DNA from: Balanoglossus misakiensis
Lineage: Eukaryota > Animalia > Hemichordata
Reading direction: 5' to 3'
Assembly: GCA_040954595.2 (NCBI GenBank)
Contig: CM082576.2
Location: 4,686,760 to 4,750,759, forward strand
DNA: 64,000 bases
Under the pieces are notes generated by a model. It worked only from the letters and a program-made list of their open reading frames with translations. It was not told the origin of the DNA and ran no database searches. Positions within the stretch are counted from its first letter, which is position 1, and every line of letters begins with the position of its first letter. Positions 12,568-27,237 of the stretch are shown here, piece after piece. Position numbers and translations under genes: made by a program.

Positions 12568-14952
12568 GTTGTCATGGGTCAGGACACCTTCGGTGTGGAT
12601 GGGATTATGCCTGATCCACTTGTCACTCGGAATTTCGGATCAACTCGTTTAAAGTGTCCCGACAAAGAACTCTCACACAGACTCTACTTACCGAACAGAC
12701 ATTTAATAGATTATCTGTGTTCTGAAGTACAAATTGCACATTCGTATGTTCTGAATGGGAATGTGGGTTGCAAAGTGAGGGGAGCACGGTGCTTTCGAAC
12801 GCAATCTTGTAGCAGGCGACAACACCGAAACCAATCTGCCAAATGCTCAAGAGCGGAACGTGATCGCCGCTCTTTTTGACAACGCGCGAATACGAATGTA
12901 TAAATGTCTGCACCGTAAATTAACAATTACATGTGCAATCTACTTTATATACTTTTATGATCTTAAATCACACAATTCATGTTTGACTTTTCTAACCGAA
13001 ATGTAACGAGAGGAAAATGACGCAACATTTCGTCTCACCCAGCTTGCTATAGCCTAGGCCTTCAATATATCGTCACCCAGCCTTTGTCACTCTCGCAGTT
13101 GTCATAGAGACTGATTACCGCCGTGTCTAATACTTTCGCTTAAATTATCACAAATATAGACTGATTTCCTTTACACAGTGACGGGATGCCCTACAGTAAA
13201 AAATATCAGCCAATTACGCAGATAGCTTTGGAGTCACATCGCCACGTAAATTAACTTCTCTGTTTCTCACAGAAGTACCGCCAATAAGCACCGCCAAAAG
13301 CTACCGTCGACATCGAACTCATCGAAGATTAATTTCCGAGGGCTGGTTATTGTTACGCGCCATGAATGTACCTTTCCGCACGCCACACTGTGTGAGCAGC
13401 ATTATTAGGCGCAATATCTCCGACTGTTTTGTCTTCTTGTGTATCAACTGCTCTTTATCGTTTCACTCGCCATTACACGATGGAATACACAGTATTGAGC
13501 GTATCAACACAGCCGATGTAATTAACATTTGTTTACTTGGCCGATATGCTTGGATAAAGCATCAATCTAAATCATAACAAGTGTTAATTAATCTGTTATG
13601 TTGACATCGTAAAATTATGTACGTGAGTAAAATTTGGTGTGTTGCACTCCAGAATGTTAAATGTATCAATTTTGCTGAATTATTTTAATTTAATGAAGCT
13701 CTATAGCAACAGATGATCCCCTTGGAGACGATGTAATGTAAACCACATGCGCGCAAACACGACACCAAGGCGGACGACAGTAAATTTTGTAGTAACACAA
13801 AATTGAGCGGCTGTAGCGCCGATAAGAGATAAAAACGTAGCAACGAATGAACGCACCGACCTTGTAAATGGCGCATGTTTTTATTTCAATTGAAGCGTTC
13901 ATCAAATACGTTTCACACTGTACTGTTTTATTAGTTATTGATTGTATTTCATGAAAATGGCAAATACGCCTTTTACAGAATTCATGTATGAATAATTACA
14001 GTGTCACACAAACACTCTGGGGTCATTTCTCTCGGCAACGTAGTCTGTATTTATCTCAAAGTTCATCTCGTTCGTATGTGGCTGCAAAGGACTCATGCTG
14101 ATAAAACGTTTACCGACTTCGCTACCGTTGGCGAGATGACTGTTCTGTGAATACATGTATAGTCGGTCAAATTTAACTCCGGAAAGATAATATCAGAATA
14201 TCTCGACTGGTTAAATTTTTCACAGTAACTCACACATATGTCTTTTTATTTAGCTGTTCATATTTTGATTGATAATATCAAGCATTGTTTAGTTTGGTAG
14301 AAATTCCGCATTTTTTCCCGTTCTTGCTGCAATGAATTCGACTCGAACAACAACAGCTGTTGTCGTCACAAGCATGGTATAAAGGTATTCTTGTTCCTGG
14401 GGTTAATCTCGACTATTATTGTGATTGTGCACCGTATGCTTTTATGTTCAGGCAATCGGTTTTGGTGTGGGGAAAAACACGTGACTGCTTTCCAAAAACG
14501 TCAGGGTATTTCGACAAGACTTGGCCCGAAATACACTGACGTTTGGTTAAGAAGGCGTGATCACCTTAAATGTTTTAATTTGCGCATTTTTGAGTGTAAA
14601 GAAATTGTGTCATTTAAAGTACAGATGTAAAATATTTTGTCCTATTTAATGGATTGTTGGGTTTTAATCCTTTTTATACATGTTAGAGAATGTCACTTTT
14701 GATGTACTGTGTAATTTTGCATGGGTGATGACGTCATATCTGTAAATAATTCAAGAAAGAAGTTATCGAAAGCAATGTAATTTCTGTGGATGCAAAACAG
14801 CTTTGCCGGCATGATGCCTTTCATGTATTTGTGTACACGAAGCGAAATCATGATGTTTGAATATCAACCACGTGATTTTATTTTGAAATAATTTACATTT
14901 AGACCATGAAGGAAAAAAATATTGTTTCTCGGATTGTTGGTCAAAGGACTCG

Positions 14953-14958
14953 AATAAA
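14953..14958 (+). terminator. Candidate polyadenylation signal for ANKRD63 (implies ~2.4-kb 3' UTR)
   Basis: AATAAA followed by a T-rich stretch at the end of an AU-rich region downstream of the stop codon. Motif evidence only. Confidence 0.25.
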
Positions 14959-16636
14959 AGTGGCGAGCGATATTTTTTTTATATTTTTACTGACCACTGA
15001 AATTCCACAAATTATTGATATATAAGCAAACAAAATATTTTTTCTGCAGATTGGCAATGAGTAAACAAATAAATAAATAAATAAATAAACACAGGTCACA
15101 GGTCAAGCGTTTATTTTGAAATGATGCAAAAGAACATATAACTGACAGAACTGAGAGAATGCAATGCGGCATTTTAAATAGAAAAATAATGACAAGTAAA
15201 ATCAATAGCAGTAGAAGCGTCAATTCCGAGAAACAACATGTTTTTCTTCCCGGCAGTAGCGTGAATTTATTGAAAATGGAAAATGGAAAAAATAAGTTGC
15301 AAGTCAAAGCAAAACTGCGACGTTCCCGTTTTCTATGGAAACGGCATAAATTGACCGCATTGACAAAATACTTGATATGCTATTGATTCAATCGATTTCT
15401 TTCTATTCTGAATCCATCATAAAATGAGACATTAATATTTTATTACGGCTTCATATTGACGACAGGATTTCTGAGATACCAACAGGGCTTTGTGGAATGC
15501 TTGAAATATGATTGTAAAATATTTTCTGCCTGTAACGATTTTTTACAGATCGTCTCCATTCTGTGACCGCCCGAATACACTCACATGGTTTCCGCCAATA
15601 AGCATTTTCCCATTTACTCGTGTGACATGACAGCAGTTCATTTATTTCTAACAATTAGAAGGTACTGTATGTTTCAAAAATTAAAGAATAAATCACGAAC
15701 TTTTTTAGCACTGCCTGCATGGAAATGCGTTTTGGTGGGAACCAAACATTTGCTGAAAGTGATGGAATTGCGAACCATATTTCATGGAGTCGAACAGCTG
15801 TATTGGAGTGAATGATGGATTGCAAATTTGTCACTGTCCGCTACAGTAATGGATAAAAAGTGTTATTTACGGGCACAAATGCGCTAACTGTAAGCTTTTA
15901 TACCAAGCATACAAGTGTCTCGACGGGCCGTTGAAAGCCCTTTAAAATGAATTGCGCATAGATTCGCTCGTCTCGGCTGACGTCCCCAGGGAATGTTGAT
16001 CATGAGCTCATTAATCAGACCTTTTTAATAAATCCTTAATCACGAGATTTTGAAATTTTATCGTTCACATATTGACGATACCATGGTAGGAATACAACCA
16101 GACATGAATTATTGAACTAAGAGGCTTAATTGAACTGCACCAGCTAAATGTAAGCCCGAATTTGATGCACGTTCGTAATGTGATCGGCACTAGTCCTTAA
16201 TTCATTATGAAGTACATGAGAAACTGGATATTTTTGGCATTTTATTCTGCTGTACGCTTAACCCAGGAAATAAATAATGGCTGTACAATAAAATTTACAA
16301 CACCCTCAAATGTGCATTGGTTTGTTCCATGCGACTATACATGTAGTCGTAAATTTATGTGTTTGATAGTGCGTACACAGAGCTGGCCATGAAATATTTA
16401 GTGATGTCGCCATCCCATATCACTCTGTGTTTAGATTACAAAGTGCGGACAGGATCAGCTCAACGGCAGACTGCGTTGTTGATTGAGTGTGTTTGAACCG
16501 GCAATCATCTATCATTTAAAGATTCGAATTTTAAATATAAAGGTCGAATGGAAGAGCTGTCCATACAAATGATAATACACACAGAAAAAGTTACAAGACT
16601 TCCATAGTCCGTATTGTCCAATGCTTATCACACTCT

Positions 16637-19600
16637 TCATGGGTTATAGCTCATGAAAATCACCCACAAATGACAATTTTTCGACTTTCCGAAATTTCAA
16701 AATTTCTTCATTTTTTGACAAAATCATGGGTTATAGCTCATGAAAATCACCCACAAATGACAATTTTTCAACTTCCCGAAATTTCAAAATTTCTTCATTT
16801 TTTGACAAAATCATGGGTTATAGCTCATGAAAATCACCCACAAATGACAATTTTTCGACTTTCCGAAATTTCAAAATTTCTTCATTTTTTGACAAAATCA
16901 TGGGTTATAGCCCATGAAAATCACCCACAAATGACAATTTTTCGACTTTCCGAAATTTCAAAATTTCTTCATTTTTTGACAAAATCATGGGTTATAGCCC
17001 ATGAAAATCACCCACAAATGACAATTTTTCGACTTTCCGAAATTTCAAAATTTCTTCATTTTTTGACAAAATCATGGGTTATAGCCCATGAAAATCACCC
17101 ACAAATGACAATTTTTCGACTTTCCGAAATTTCAAAATTTCTTCATTTTTTGACAAAATCATGGGTTATAGCCCATGAAAATCACCCACAAATGACAATT
17201 TTTCGACTTTCCGAAATTTCAAAATTTCTTCATTTTTTGACAAAATCATGGGTTATAGCCCATGAAAATCACCCACAAATGACAATTTTTCGACTTTCCG
17301 AAATTTCAAAATTTCTTCATTTTTTGACAAAATCATGGGTTATAGCCCATGAAAATCACCCACAAATGACAATTTTTCGACTTTCCGAAATTTCAAAATT
17401 TCTTCATTTTTTGACAAAATCATGGGTTATAGCCCATGAAAATCACCCACAAATGACAATTTTTCGACTTTCCGAAATTTCAAAATTTCTTCATTTTTTG
17501 ACAAAATCATGGGTTATAGCCCATGAAAATCACCCACAAATGACAATTTTTCGACTTTCCGAAATTTCAAAATTTCTTCATTTTTTGACAAAATCATGGG
17601 TTATAGCCCATGAAAATCACCCACAAATGACAATTTTTCGACTTTCCGAAATTTCAAAATTTCTTCATTTTTTGACAAAATCATGGGTTATAGCCCATGA
17701 AAATCACCCACAAATGACAATTTTTCGACTTTCCGAAATTTCAAAATTTCTTCATTTTTTGACAAAATCATGGGTTATAGCCCATGAAAATCACCCACAA
17801 ATGACAATTTTTCGACTTTCCGAAATTTCAAAATTTCTTCATTTTTTGACAAAATCATGGGTTATAGCCCATGAAAATCACCCACAAATGACAATTTTTC
17901 GACTTTCCGAAATTTCAAAATTTCTTCATTTTTTGACAAAATCATGGGTTATAGCTCATGAAAATCACCCACAAATGACAATTTTTCGACTTTCCGAAAT
18001 TTCAAAATTTCTTCATTTTTTGACAAAATCATGGGTTATAGCTCATGAAAATCACCCACAAATGACAATTTTTCGACTTTCCGAAATTTCAAAATTTCTT
18101 CATTTTTTGACAAAATCATGGGTTATAGCCCATGAAAATCACCCACAAATGACAATTTTTCGACTTTCCGAAATTTCAAAATTTCTTCATTTTTTGACAA
18201 AATCATGGGTTATAGCTCATGAAAATCACCCACAAATGACAATTTTTCGACTTTCCGAAATTTCAAAATTTCTTCATTTTTTGACAAAATCATGGGTTAT
18301 AGCTCATGAAAATCACCCACAAATGACAATTTTTCGACTTTCCGAAATTTCAAAATTTCTTCATTTTTTGACAAAATCATGGGTTATAGCTCATGAAAAT
18401 CACCCACAAATGACAATTTTTCGACTTTCCGAAATTTCAAAATTTCTTCATTTTTTGACAAAATCATGGGTTATAGCTCATGAAAATCACCCACAAACGA
18501 CAATTTTTCGACTTTCCGAAATTTCAAAATTTCTTCATTTTTTGACAAAATCATGGGTTATAGCTCATGAAAATCACCCACAAATGACAATTTTTCGACT
18601 TTCCGAAATTTCAAAATTTCTTCATTTTTTGACAAAATCATGGGTTATAGCTCATGAAAATCACCCACAAATGACAATTTTTCGACTTTCCGAAATTTCA
18701 AAATTTCTTCATTTTTTGACAAAATCATGGGTTATAGCTCATGAAAATCACCCACAAATGACAATTTTTCGACTTTCCGAAATTTCAAAATTTCTTCATT
18801 TTTTGACAAAATCATGGGTTATAGCTCATGAAAATCACCCACAAATGACAATTTTTCGACTTTCCGAAATTTCAAAATTTCTTCATTTTTTGACAAAATC
18901 ATGGGTTATAGCTCATGAAAATCACCCACAAATGACAATTTTTCGACTTTCCGAAATTTCAAAATTTCTTCATTTTTTGACAAAATCATGGGTTATAGCC
19001 CATGAAAATCACCCACAAATGACAATTTTTCGACTTTCCGAAATTTCAAAATTTCTTCATTTTTTGACAAAATCATGGGTTATAGCCCATGAAAATCACC
19101 CACAAATGACAATTTTTCGACTTTCCGAAATTTCAAAATTTCTTCATTTTTTGACAAAATCATGGGTTATAGCTCATGAAAATCACCCACAAATGACAAT
19201 TTTTCGACTTTCCGAAATTTCAAAATTTCTTCATTTTTTGACAAAATCATGGGTTATAGCTCATGAAAATCACCCACAAATGACAATTTTTCGACTTTCC
19301 GAAATTTCAAAATTTCTTCATTTTTTGACAAAATCATGGGTTATAGCTCATGAAAATCACCCACAAATGACAATTTTTCGACTTTCCGAAATTTCAAAAT
19401 TTCTTCATTTTTTGACAAAATCATGGGTTATAGCTCATGAAAATCACCCACAAATGACAATTTTTCGACTTTCCGAAATTTCAAAATTTCTTCATTTTTT
19501 GACAAAATCATGGGGTATAGCTCATGAAAATCACCCACAAATGACAATTTTTCGACTTTCCGAAATTTCAAAATTTCTTCATTTTTTGACAAAATCATGG

Positions 19601-22600
19601 GGTATAGCTCATGAAAATCACCCACAAATGACAATTTTTCGACTTTCCGAAAATTCAAAATTTCTTCATTTTTTGACAAAATCATGGGTTATAGCTCATG
19701 AAAATCACCCACAAATGACAATTTTTCGACTTTCCGAAATTTCAAAATTTCTTCATTTTTTGACAAAATCATGGGTTATAGCTCATGAAAATCACCCACA
19801 AATGACAATTTTTCGACTTTCCGAAATTTCAAAATTTCTTCATTTTTTGACAAAATCATGGGTTATAGCTCATGAAAATCACCCACAAATGACAATTTTT
19901 CGACTTTCCGAAATTTCAAAATTTCTTCATTTTTTGACAAAATCATGGGTTATAGCTCATGAAAATCACCCACAAATGACAATTTTTCGACTTTCCGAAA
20001 TTTCAAAATTTCTTTATTTTTTGACAAAATCATGGGTTATAGCTCATGAAAATCACCCACAAATGACAATTTTTCGACTTTCCGAAATTTCAAAATTTCT
20101 TTATTTTTTGACAAAATCATGGGTTATAGCTCATGAAAATCACCCACAAATGACAATTTTTCGACTTTCCGAAATTTCAAAATTTCTTTATTTTTTGACA
20201 AAATCATGGGTTATAGCCCATGAAAATCACCCACAAATGACAATTTTTCGACTTTCCGAAATTTCAAAATTTCTTCATTTTTTGACAAAATCATGGGTTA
20301 TAGCTCATGAAAATCACCCACAAATGACAATTTTTCGACTTTCCGAAATTTCAAAATTTCTTCATTTTTTGACAAAATCATGGGTTATAGCCCATGAAAA
20401 TCACCCACAAATGACAATTTTTCGACTTTCCGAAATTTCAAAATTTCTTCATTTTTTGACAAAATCATGGGTTATAGCTCATGAAAATCACCCACAAATG
20501 ACAATTTTTCGACTTTCCGAAATTTCAAAATTTCTTCATTTTTTGACAAAATCATGGGTTATAGCTCATGAAAATCACCCACAAATGACAATTTTTCGAC
20601 TTTCCGAAATTTCAAAATTTCTTCATTTTTTGACAAAATCATGGGTTATAGCTCATGAAAATCACCCACAAATGACAATTTTTCGACTTTCCGAAATTTC
20701 AAAATTTCTTCATTTTTTGACAAAATCATGGGTTATAGCTCATGAAAATCACCCACAAATGACAATTTTTCGACTTTCCGAAATTTCAAAATTTCTTCAT
20801 TTTTTGACAAAATCATGGGTTATAGCTCATGAAAATCACCCACAAATGACAATTTTTCGACTTTCCGAAATTTCAAAATTTCTTCATTTTTTGACAAAAT
20901 CATGGGTTATAGCTCATGAAAATCACCCACAAATGACAATTTTTCGACTTTCCGAAATTTCAAAATTTCTTCATTTATAGACAAAATCATGGGGTATAGC
21001 TCATGAAAATCACCCACAAATGACAATTTTTCGACTTTTCGAAATTTCAAAATTTCTTCATTTTTTGACCAAATCATGGGTTATAGCTCATGAAAATCAC
21101 CCACAAATGACAATTTTTCGACTTTCCGAAATTTCAAAATTTCTTCATTTTTTGACAAAATCATGGGTTATAGCCCATGAAAATCACCCACAAATGACAA
21201 TTTTTCGACTTTCCGAAATTTCAAAATTTCTTCATTTTTTGACAAAATCATGGGTTATAGCTCATGAAAATCACCCACAAATGACAATTTTTCGACTTTC
21301 CGAAATTTCAAAATTTCTTCATTTTTTGACAAAATCATGGGTTATAGCTCATGAAAATCACCCACAAATGACAATTTTTCGACTTTCCGAAATTTCAAAA
21401 TTTCTTCATTTTTTGACAAAATCATGGGTTATAGCTCATGAAAATCACCCACAAATGACAATTTTTCGACTTTCCGAAATTTCAAAATTTCTTCATTTTT
21501 TGACAAAATCATGGGTTATAGCTCATGAAAATCACCCACAAATGACAATTTTTCGACTTTCCGAAATTTCAAAATTTCTTCATTTTTTGACAAAATCATG
21601 GGTTATAGCTCATGAAAATCACCCACAAATGACAATTTTTCGACTTTCCGAAATTTCAAAATTTCTTCATTTTTTGACAAAATCATGGGTTATAGCTCAT
21701 GAAAATCACCCACAAATGACAATTTTTCGACTTTCCGAAATTTCAAAATTTCTTCATTTATAGACAAAATCATGGGGTATAGCTCATGAAAATCACCCAC
21801 AAATGACAATTTTTCGACTTTCCGAAAATTCAAAATTTCTTCATTTTTTGACAAAATCATGGGTTATAGCTCATGAAAATCACCCACAAATGACAATTTT
21901 TCGACTTTCCGAAATTTCAAAATTTCTTCATTTTTTAACAAAATCATGGGTTATAGCTCATGAAAATCACCCACAAATGACAATTTTTCGACTTTCCGAA
22001 ATTTCAAAATTTCTTCATTTTTTGACAAAATCATGGGTTATAGCTCATGAAAATCACCCACAAATGACAATTTTTCGACTTTCCGAAATTTCAAAATTTC
22101 TTCATTTTTTGACAAAATCATGGGTTATAGCTCATGAAAATCACCCACAAATGACAATTTTTCGACTTTCCGAAATTTCAAAATTTCTTTATTTTTTGAC
22201 AAAATCATGGGTTATAGCTCATGAAAATCACCCACAAATGACAATTTTTCGACTTTCCGAAATTTCAAAATTTCTTTATTTTTTGACAAAATCATGGGTT
22301 ATAGCTCATGAAAATCACCCACAAATGACAATTTTTCGACTTTCCGAAATTTCAAAATTTCTTTATTTTTTGACAAAATCATGGGTTATAGCTCATGAAA
22401 ATCACCCACAAATGACAATTTTTCGACTTTCCGAAATTTCAAAATTTCTTCATTTTTTGACAAAATCATGGGTTATAGCTCATGAAAATCACCCACAAAT
22501 GACAATTTTTCGACTTTCCGAAATTTCAAAATTTCTTCATTTTTTGACAAAATCATGGGTTATAGCTCATGAAAATCACCCACAAATGACAATTTTTCGA

Positions 22601-25600
22601 CTTTCCGAAATTTCAAAATTTCTTCATTTTTTGACAAAATCATGGGTTATAGCTCATGAAAATCACCCACAAATGACAATTTTTCGACTTTCCGAAATTT
22701 CAAAATTTCTTCATTTTTTGACAAAATCATGGGTTATAGCTCATGAAAATCACCCACAAATGACAATTTTTCGACTTTCCGAAATTTCAAAATTTCTTCA
22801 TTTTTTGACAAAATCATGGGTTATAGCTCATGAAAATCACCCACAAATGACAATTTTTCGACTTTCCGAAATTTCAAAATTTCTTCATTTTTTGACAAAA
22901 TCATGGGTTATAGCTCATGAAAATCACCCACAAATGACAATTTTTCGACTTTCCGAAATTTCAAAATTTCTTCATTTTTTGACAAAATCATGGGTTATAG
23001 CTCATGAAAATCACCCACAAATGACAATTTTTCGACTTTCCGAAATTTCAAAATTTCTTCATTTTTTGACAAAATCATGGGTTATAGCTCATGAAAATCA
23101 CCCACAAATGACAATTTTTCGACTTTCCGAAATTTCAAAATTTCTTCATTTTTTGACAAAATCATGGGTTATAGCTCATGAAAATCACCCACAAATGACA
23201 ATTTTTCGACTTTCCGAAATTTCAAAATTTCTTCATTTTTTGACAAAATCATGGGTTATAGCTCATGAAAATCACCCACAAATGACAATTTTTCGACTTT
23301 CCGAAATTTCAAAATTTCTTCATTTTTTGACAAAATCATGGGTTATAGCTCATGAAAATCACCCACAAATGACAATTTTTCGACTTTCCGAAATTTCAAA
23401 ATTTCTTCATTTTTTGACAAAATCATGGGTTATAGCTCATGAAAATCACCCACAAATGACAATTTTTCGACTTTCCGAAATTTCAAAATTTCTTCATTTT
23501 TTGACAAAATCATGGGTTATAGCTCATGAAAATCACCCACAAATGACAATTTTTCGACTTTCCGAAATTTCAAAATTTCTTCATTTTTTGACAAAATCAT
23601 GGGTTATAGCTCATGAAAATCACCCACAAATGACAATTTTTCGACTTTCCGAAATTTCAAAATTTCTTCATTTTTTGACAAAATCATGGGTTATATATAG
23701 CTCATGAAAATCACCCACAAATGACAATTTTTCGACTTTCCGAAATTTCAAAATTTCTTCATTTTTTGACAAAATCATGGGTTATATATAGCTCATGAAA
23801 ATCACCCACAAATGACAATTTTTCGACTTTCCGAAATTTCAAAATTTCTTCATTTTTTGACAAAATCATGGGTTATAGCTCATGAAAATCACCCACAAAT
23901 GACAATTTTTCGACTTTCCGAAATTTCAAAATTTCTTCATTTTTTGACAAAATCATGGGTTATAGCTCATGAAAATCACCCACAAATGACAATTTTTCGA
24001 CTTTCCGAAATTTCAAAATTTCTTTATTTTTTGACAAAATCATGGGTTATAGCTCATGAAAATCACCCACAAATGACAATTTTTCGACTTTCCGAAATTT
24101 CAAAATTTCTTTATTTTTTGACAAAATCATGGGTTATAGCTCATGAAAATCACCCACAAATGACAATTTTTCGACTTTCCGAAATTTCAAAATTTCTTCA
24201 TTTTTTGACAAAATCATGGGTTATAGCTCATGAAAATCACCCACAAATGACAATTTTTCGACTTTCCGAAATTTCAAAATTTCTTCATTTTTTGACAAAA
24301 TCATGGGTTATAGCTCATGAAAATCACCCACAAATGACAATTTTTCGACTTTCCGAAATTTCAAAATTTCTTCATTTTTTGACAAAATCATGGGTTATAG
24401 CTCATGAAAATCACCCACAAATGACAATTTTTCGACTTTCCGAAATTTCAAAATTTCTTCATTTTTTGACAAAATCATGAGTTATAGCTCATGAAAATCA
24501 CCCACAAATGACAATTTTTCGACTTTCCGAAATTTCAAAATTTCTTCATTTTTTGACAAAATCATGGGTTATAGCTCATGAAAATCACCCACAAATGACA
24601 ATTTTTCGACTTTCCGAAATTTCAAAATTTCTTCATTTTTTGACAAAATCATGGGTTATAGCTCATGAAAATCACCCACAAATGACAATTTTTCGACTTT
24701 CCGAAATTTCAAAATTTCTTCATTTTTTGACAAAATCATGGGTTATAGCTCATGAAAATCACCCACAAATGACAATTTTTCGACTTTCCGAAATTTCAAA
24801 ATTTCTTCATTTTTTGACAAAATCATGGGTTATAGCTCATGAAAATCACCCACAAATGACAATTTTTCGACTTTCCGAAATTTCAAAATTTCTTCATTTT
24901 TTGACAAAATCATGGGTTATAGCTCATGAAAATCACCCACAAATGACAATTTTTCGACTTTCCGAAATTTCAAAATTTCTTCATTTTTTGACAAAATCAT
25001 GGGTTATAGCTCATGAAAATCACCCACAAATGACAATTTTTCGACTTTCCGAAATTTCAAAATTTCTTCATTTTTTGACAAAATCATGGGTTATAGCTCA
25101 TGAAAATCACCCACAAATGACAATTTTTCGACTTTCCGAAATTTCAAAATTTCTTCATTTTTTGACAAAATCATGGGTTATAGCTCATGAAAATCACCCA
25201 CAAATGACAATTTTTCGACTTTCCGAAATTTCAAAATTTCTTCATTTTTTGACAAAATCATGGGTTATAGCTCATGAAAATCACCCACAAATGACAATTT
25301 TTCGACTTTCCGAAATTTCAAAATTTCTTCATTTTTTGACCAAATCATGGGTTATAGCTCATGAAAATCACCCACAAATGACAATTTTTCGACTTTCCGA
25401 AATTTCAAAATTTCTTCATTTTTTGACAAAATCATGGGTTATAGCTCATGAAAATCACCCACAAATGACAATTTTTCGACTTTCCGAAATTTCAAAATTT
25501 CTTCATTTTTTGACAAAATCATGGGTTATAGCTCATGAAAATCACCCACAAATGACAATTTTTCGACTTTCCGAAATTTCAAAATTTCTTCATTTTTTGA

Positions 25601-27237
25601 CAAAATCATGGGTTATAGCTCATGAAAATCACCCACAAATGACAATTTTTCGACTTTCCGAAATTTCAAAATTTCTTCATTTTTTGACAAAATCATGGGT
25701 TATAGCTCATGAAAATCACCCACAAATGACAATTTTTCGACTTTCCGAAATTTCAAAATTTCTTCATTTTTTGACAAAATCATGGGTTATAGCTCATGAA
25801 AATCACCCACAAATGACAATTTTTCGACTTTCCGAAATTTCAAAATTTCTTCATTTTTTGACAAAATCATGGGTTATAGCTCATGAAAATCACCCACAAA
25901 TGACAATTTTTCGACTTTTCGAAATTTCAAAATTTCTTCATTTTTTGACCAAATCATGGGTTATAGCTCATGAAAATCACCCACAAATGACAATTTTTCG
26001 ACTTTCCGAAATTTCAAAATTTCTTCATTTTTTGACCAAATCATGGGTTATAGCTCATGAAAATCACCCACAAATGACAATTTTTCGACTTTCCGAAATT
26101 TCAAAATTTCTTCATTTTTGACAAAATCATGGGTTATAGCTCATGAAAATCGCCCACAAATGACAATTTTTCGACTTTCCGAAATTTCAAAATTTCTTCA
26201 TTTTTTGACAAAATCATGGGTTATAGCTCATGAAAATCGCCCACAAATGACAATTTTTCGACTTTCCGAAATTTCAAAATTTCTTCATTTTTTGACAAAA
26301 TCATGGGTTATAGCTCATGAAAATCGCCCACAAATGACAATTTTTCGACTTTCCGAAATTTCAAAATTTCTTCATTTTTTGACAAAATCATGGGTTATAG
26401 CTCATGAAAATCGCCCACAAATGACAATTTTTCGACTTTCCGAAATTTCAAAATTTCTTCATTTTTTGACAAAATCATGGGTTATAGCTCATGAAAATCA
26501 CCCACAAATGACAATTTTTCGACTTTCCGAAATTTCAAAATTTCTTCATTTTTTGACAAAATCATGGGTTATAGCTCATGAAAATCACCCACAAATGACA
26601 ATTTTTCGACTTTCCGAAATTTCAAAATTTCTTCATTTTTTGACAAAATCATGGGTTATAGCTCATGAAAATCACCCACAAATGACAATTTTTCGACTTT
26701 CCGAAATTTCAAAATTTCTTCATTTTTTGACAAAATCATGGGTTATAGCTCATGAAAATCACCCACAAATGACAATTTTTCGACTTTCCGAAATTTCAAA
26801 ATTTCTTCATTTTTTGACAAAATCATGGGTTATAGCTCATGAAAATCACCCACAAATGACAATTTTTCGACTTTCCGAAATTTCAAAATTTCTTCATTTT
26901 TTGACAAAATCATGGGTTATAGCTCATGAAAATCACCCACAAATGACAATTTTTCGACTTTTCGAAATTTCAAAATTTCTTCATTTTTTGACAAAATCAT
27001 GGGTTATAGCTCATGAAAATCACCCACAAATGACAATTTTTCGACTTTCCGAAATTTCAAAATTTCTTCATTTTTTGACAAAATCATGGGTTATAGCTCA
27101 TGAAAATCACCCACAAACGACAATTTTTCGACTTTCCGAAATTTCAAAATTTCTTCATTTTTTGACAAAATCATGGGTTATAGCTCATGAAAATCACCCA
27201 CAAACGACAATTTTTCGACTTTCCCTAAATTTCAAAA
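16637..27237. repeat. 87-bp tandem satellite array, ~122 near-identical copies (10.6 kb)
   Basis: Monomer TCATGGGTTATAGCTCATGAAAATCACCCACAAATGACAATTTTTCGACTTTCCGAAATTTCAAAATTTCTTCATTTTTTGACAAAA. Only scattered SNPs, two +4 insertions (~23695, ~23786) and one 1-bp deletion (~26118). Confidence 0.99.

Noticed and set aside
10644-12926. Many antisense or alternative-frame ORFs over ANKRD63 and a 101-aa ORF just after its stop
   Set aside because: These are expected shadows of a GC-rich CDS. The downstream ORF has no recognisable features and the stop context does not suggest readthrough.
16637-27237. CRISPR-like array
   Set aside because: No unique spacers, no cas genes, and a eukaryotic context. 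It is a plain head-to-tail tandem repeat.
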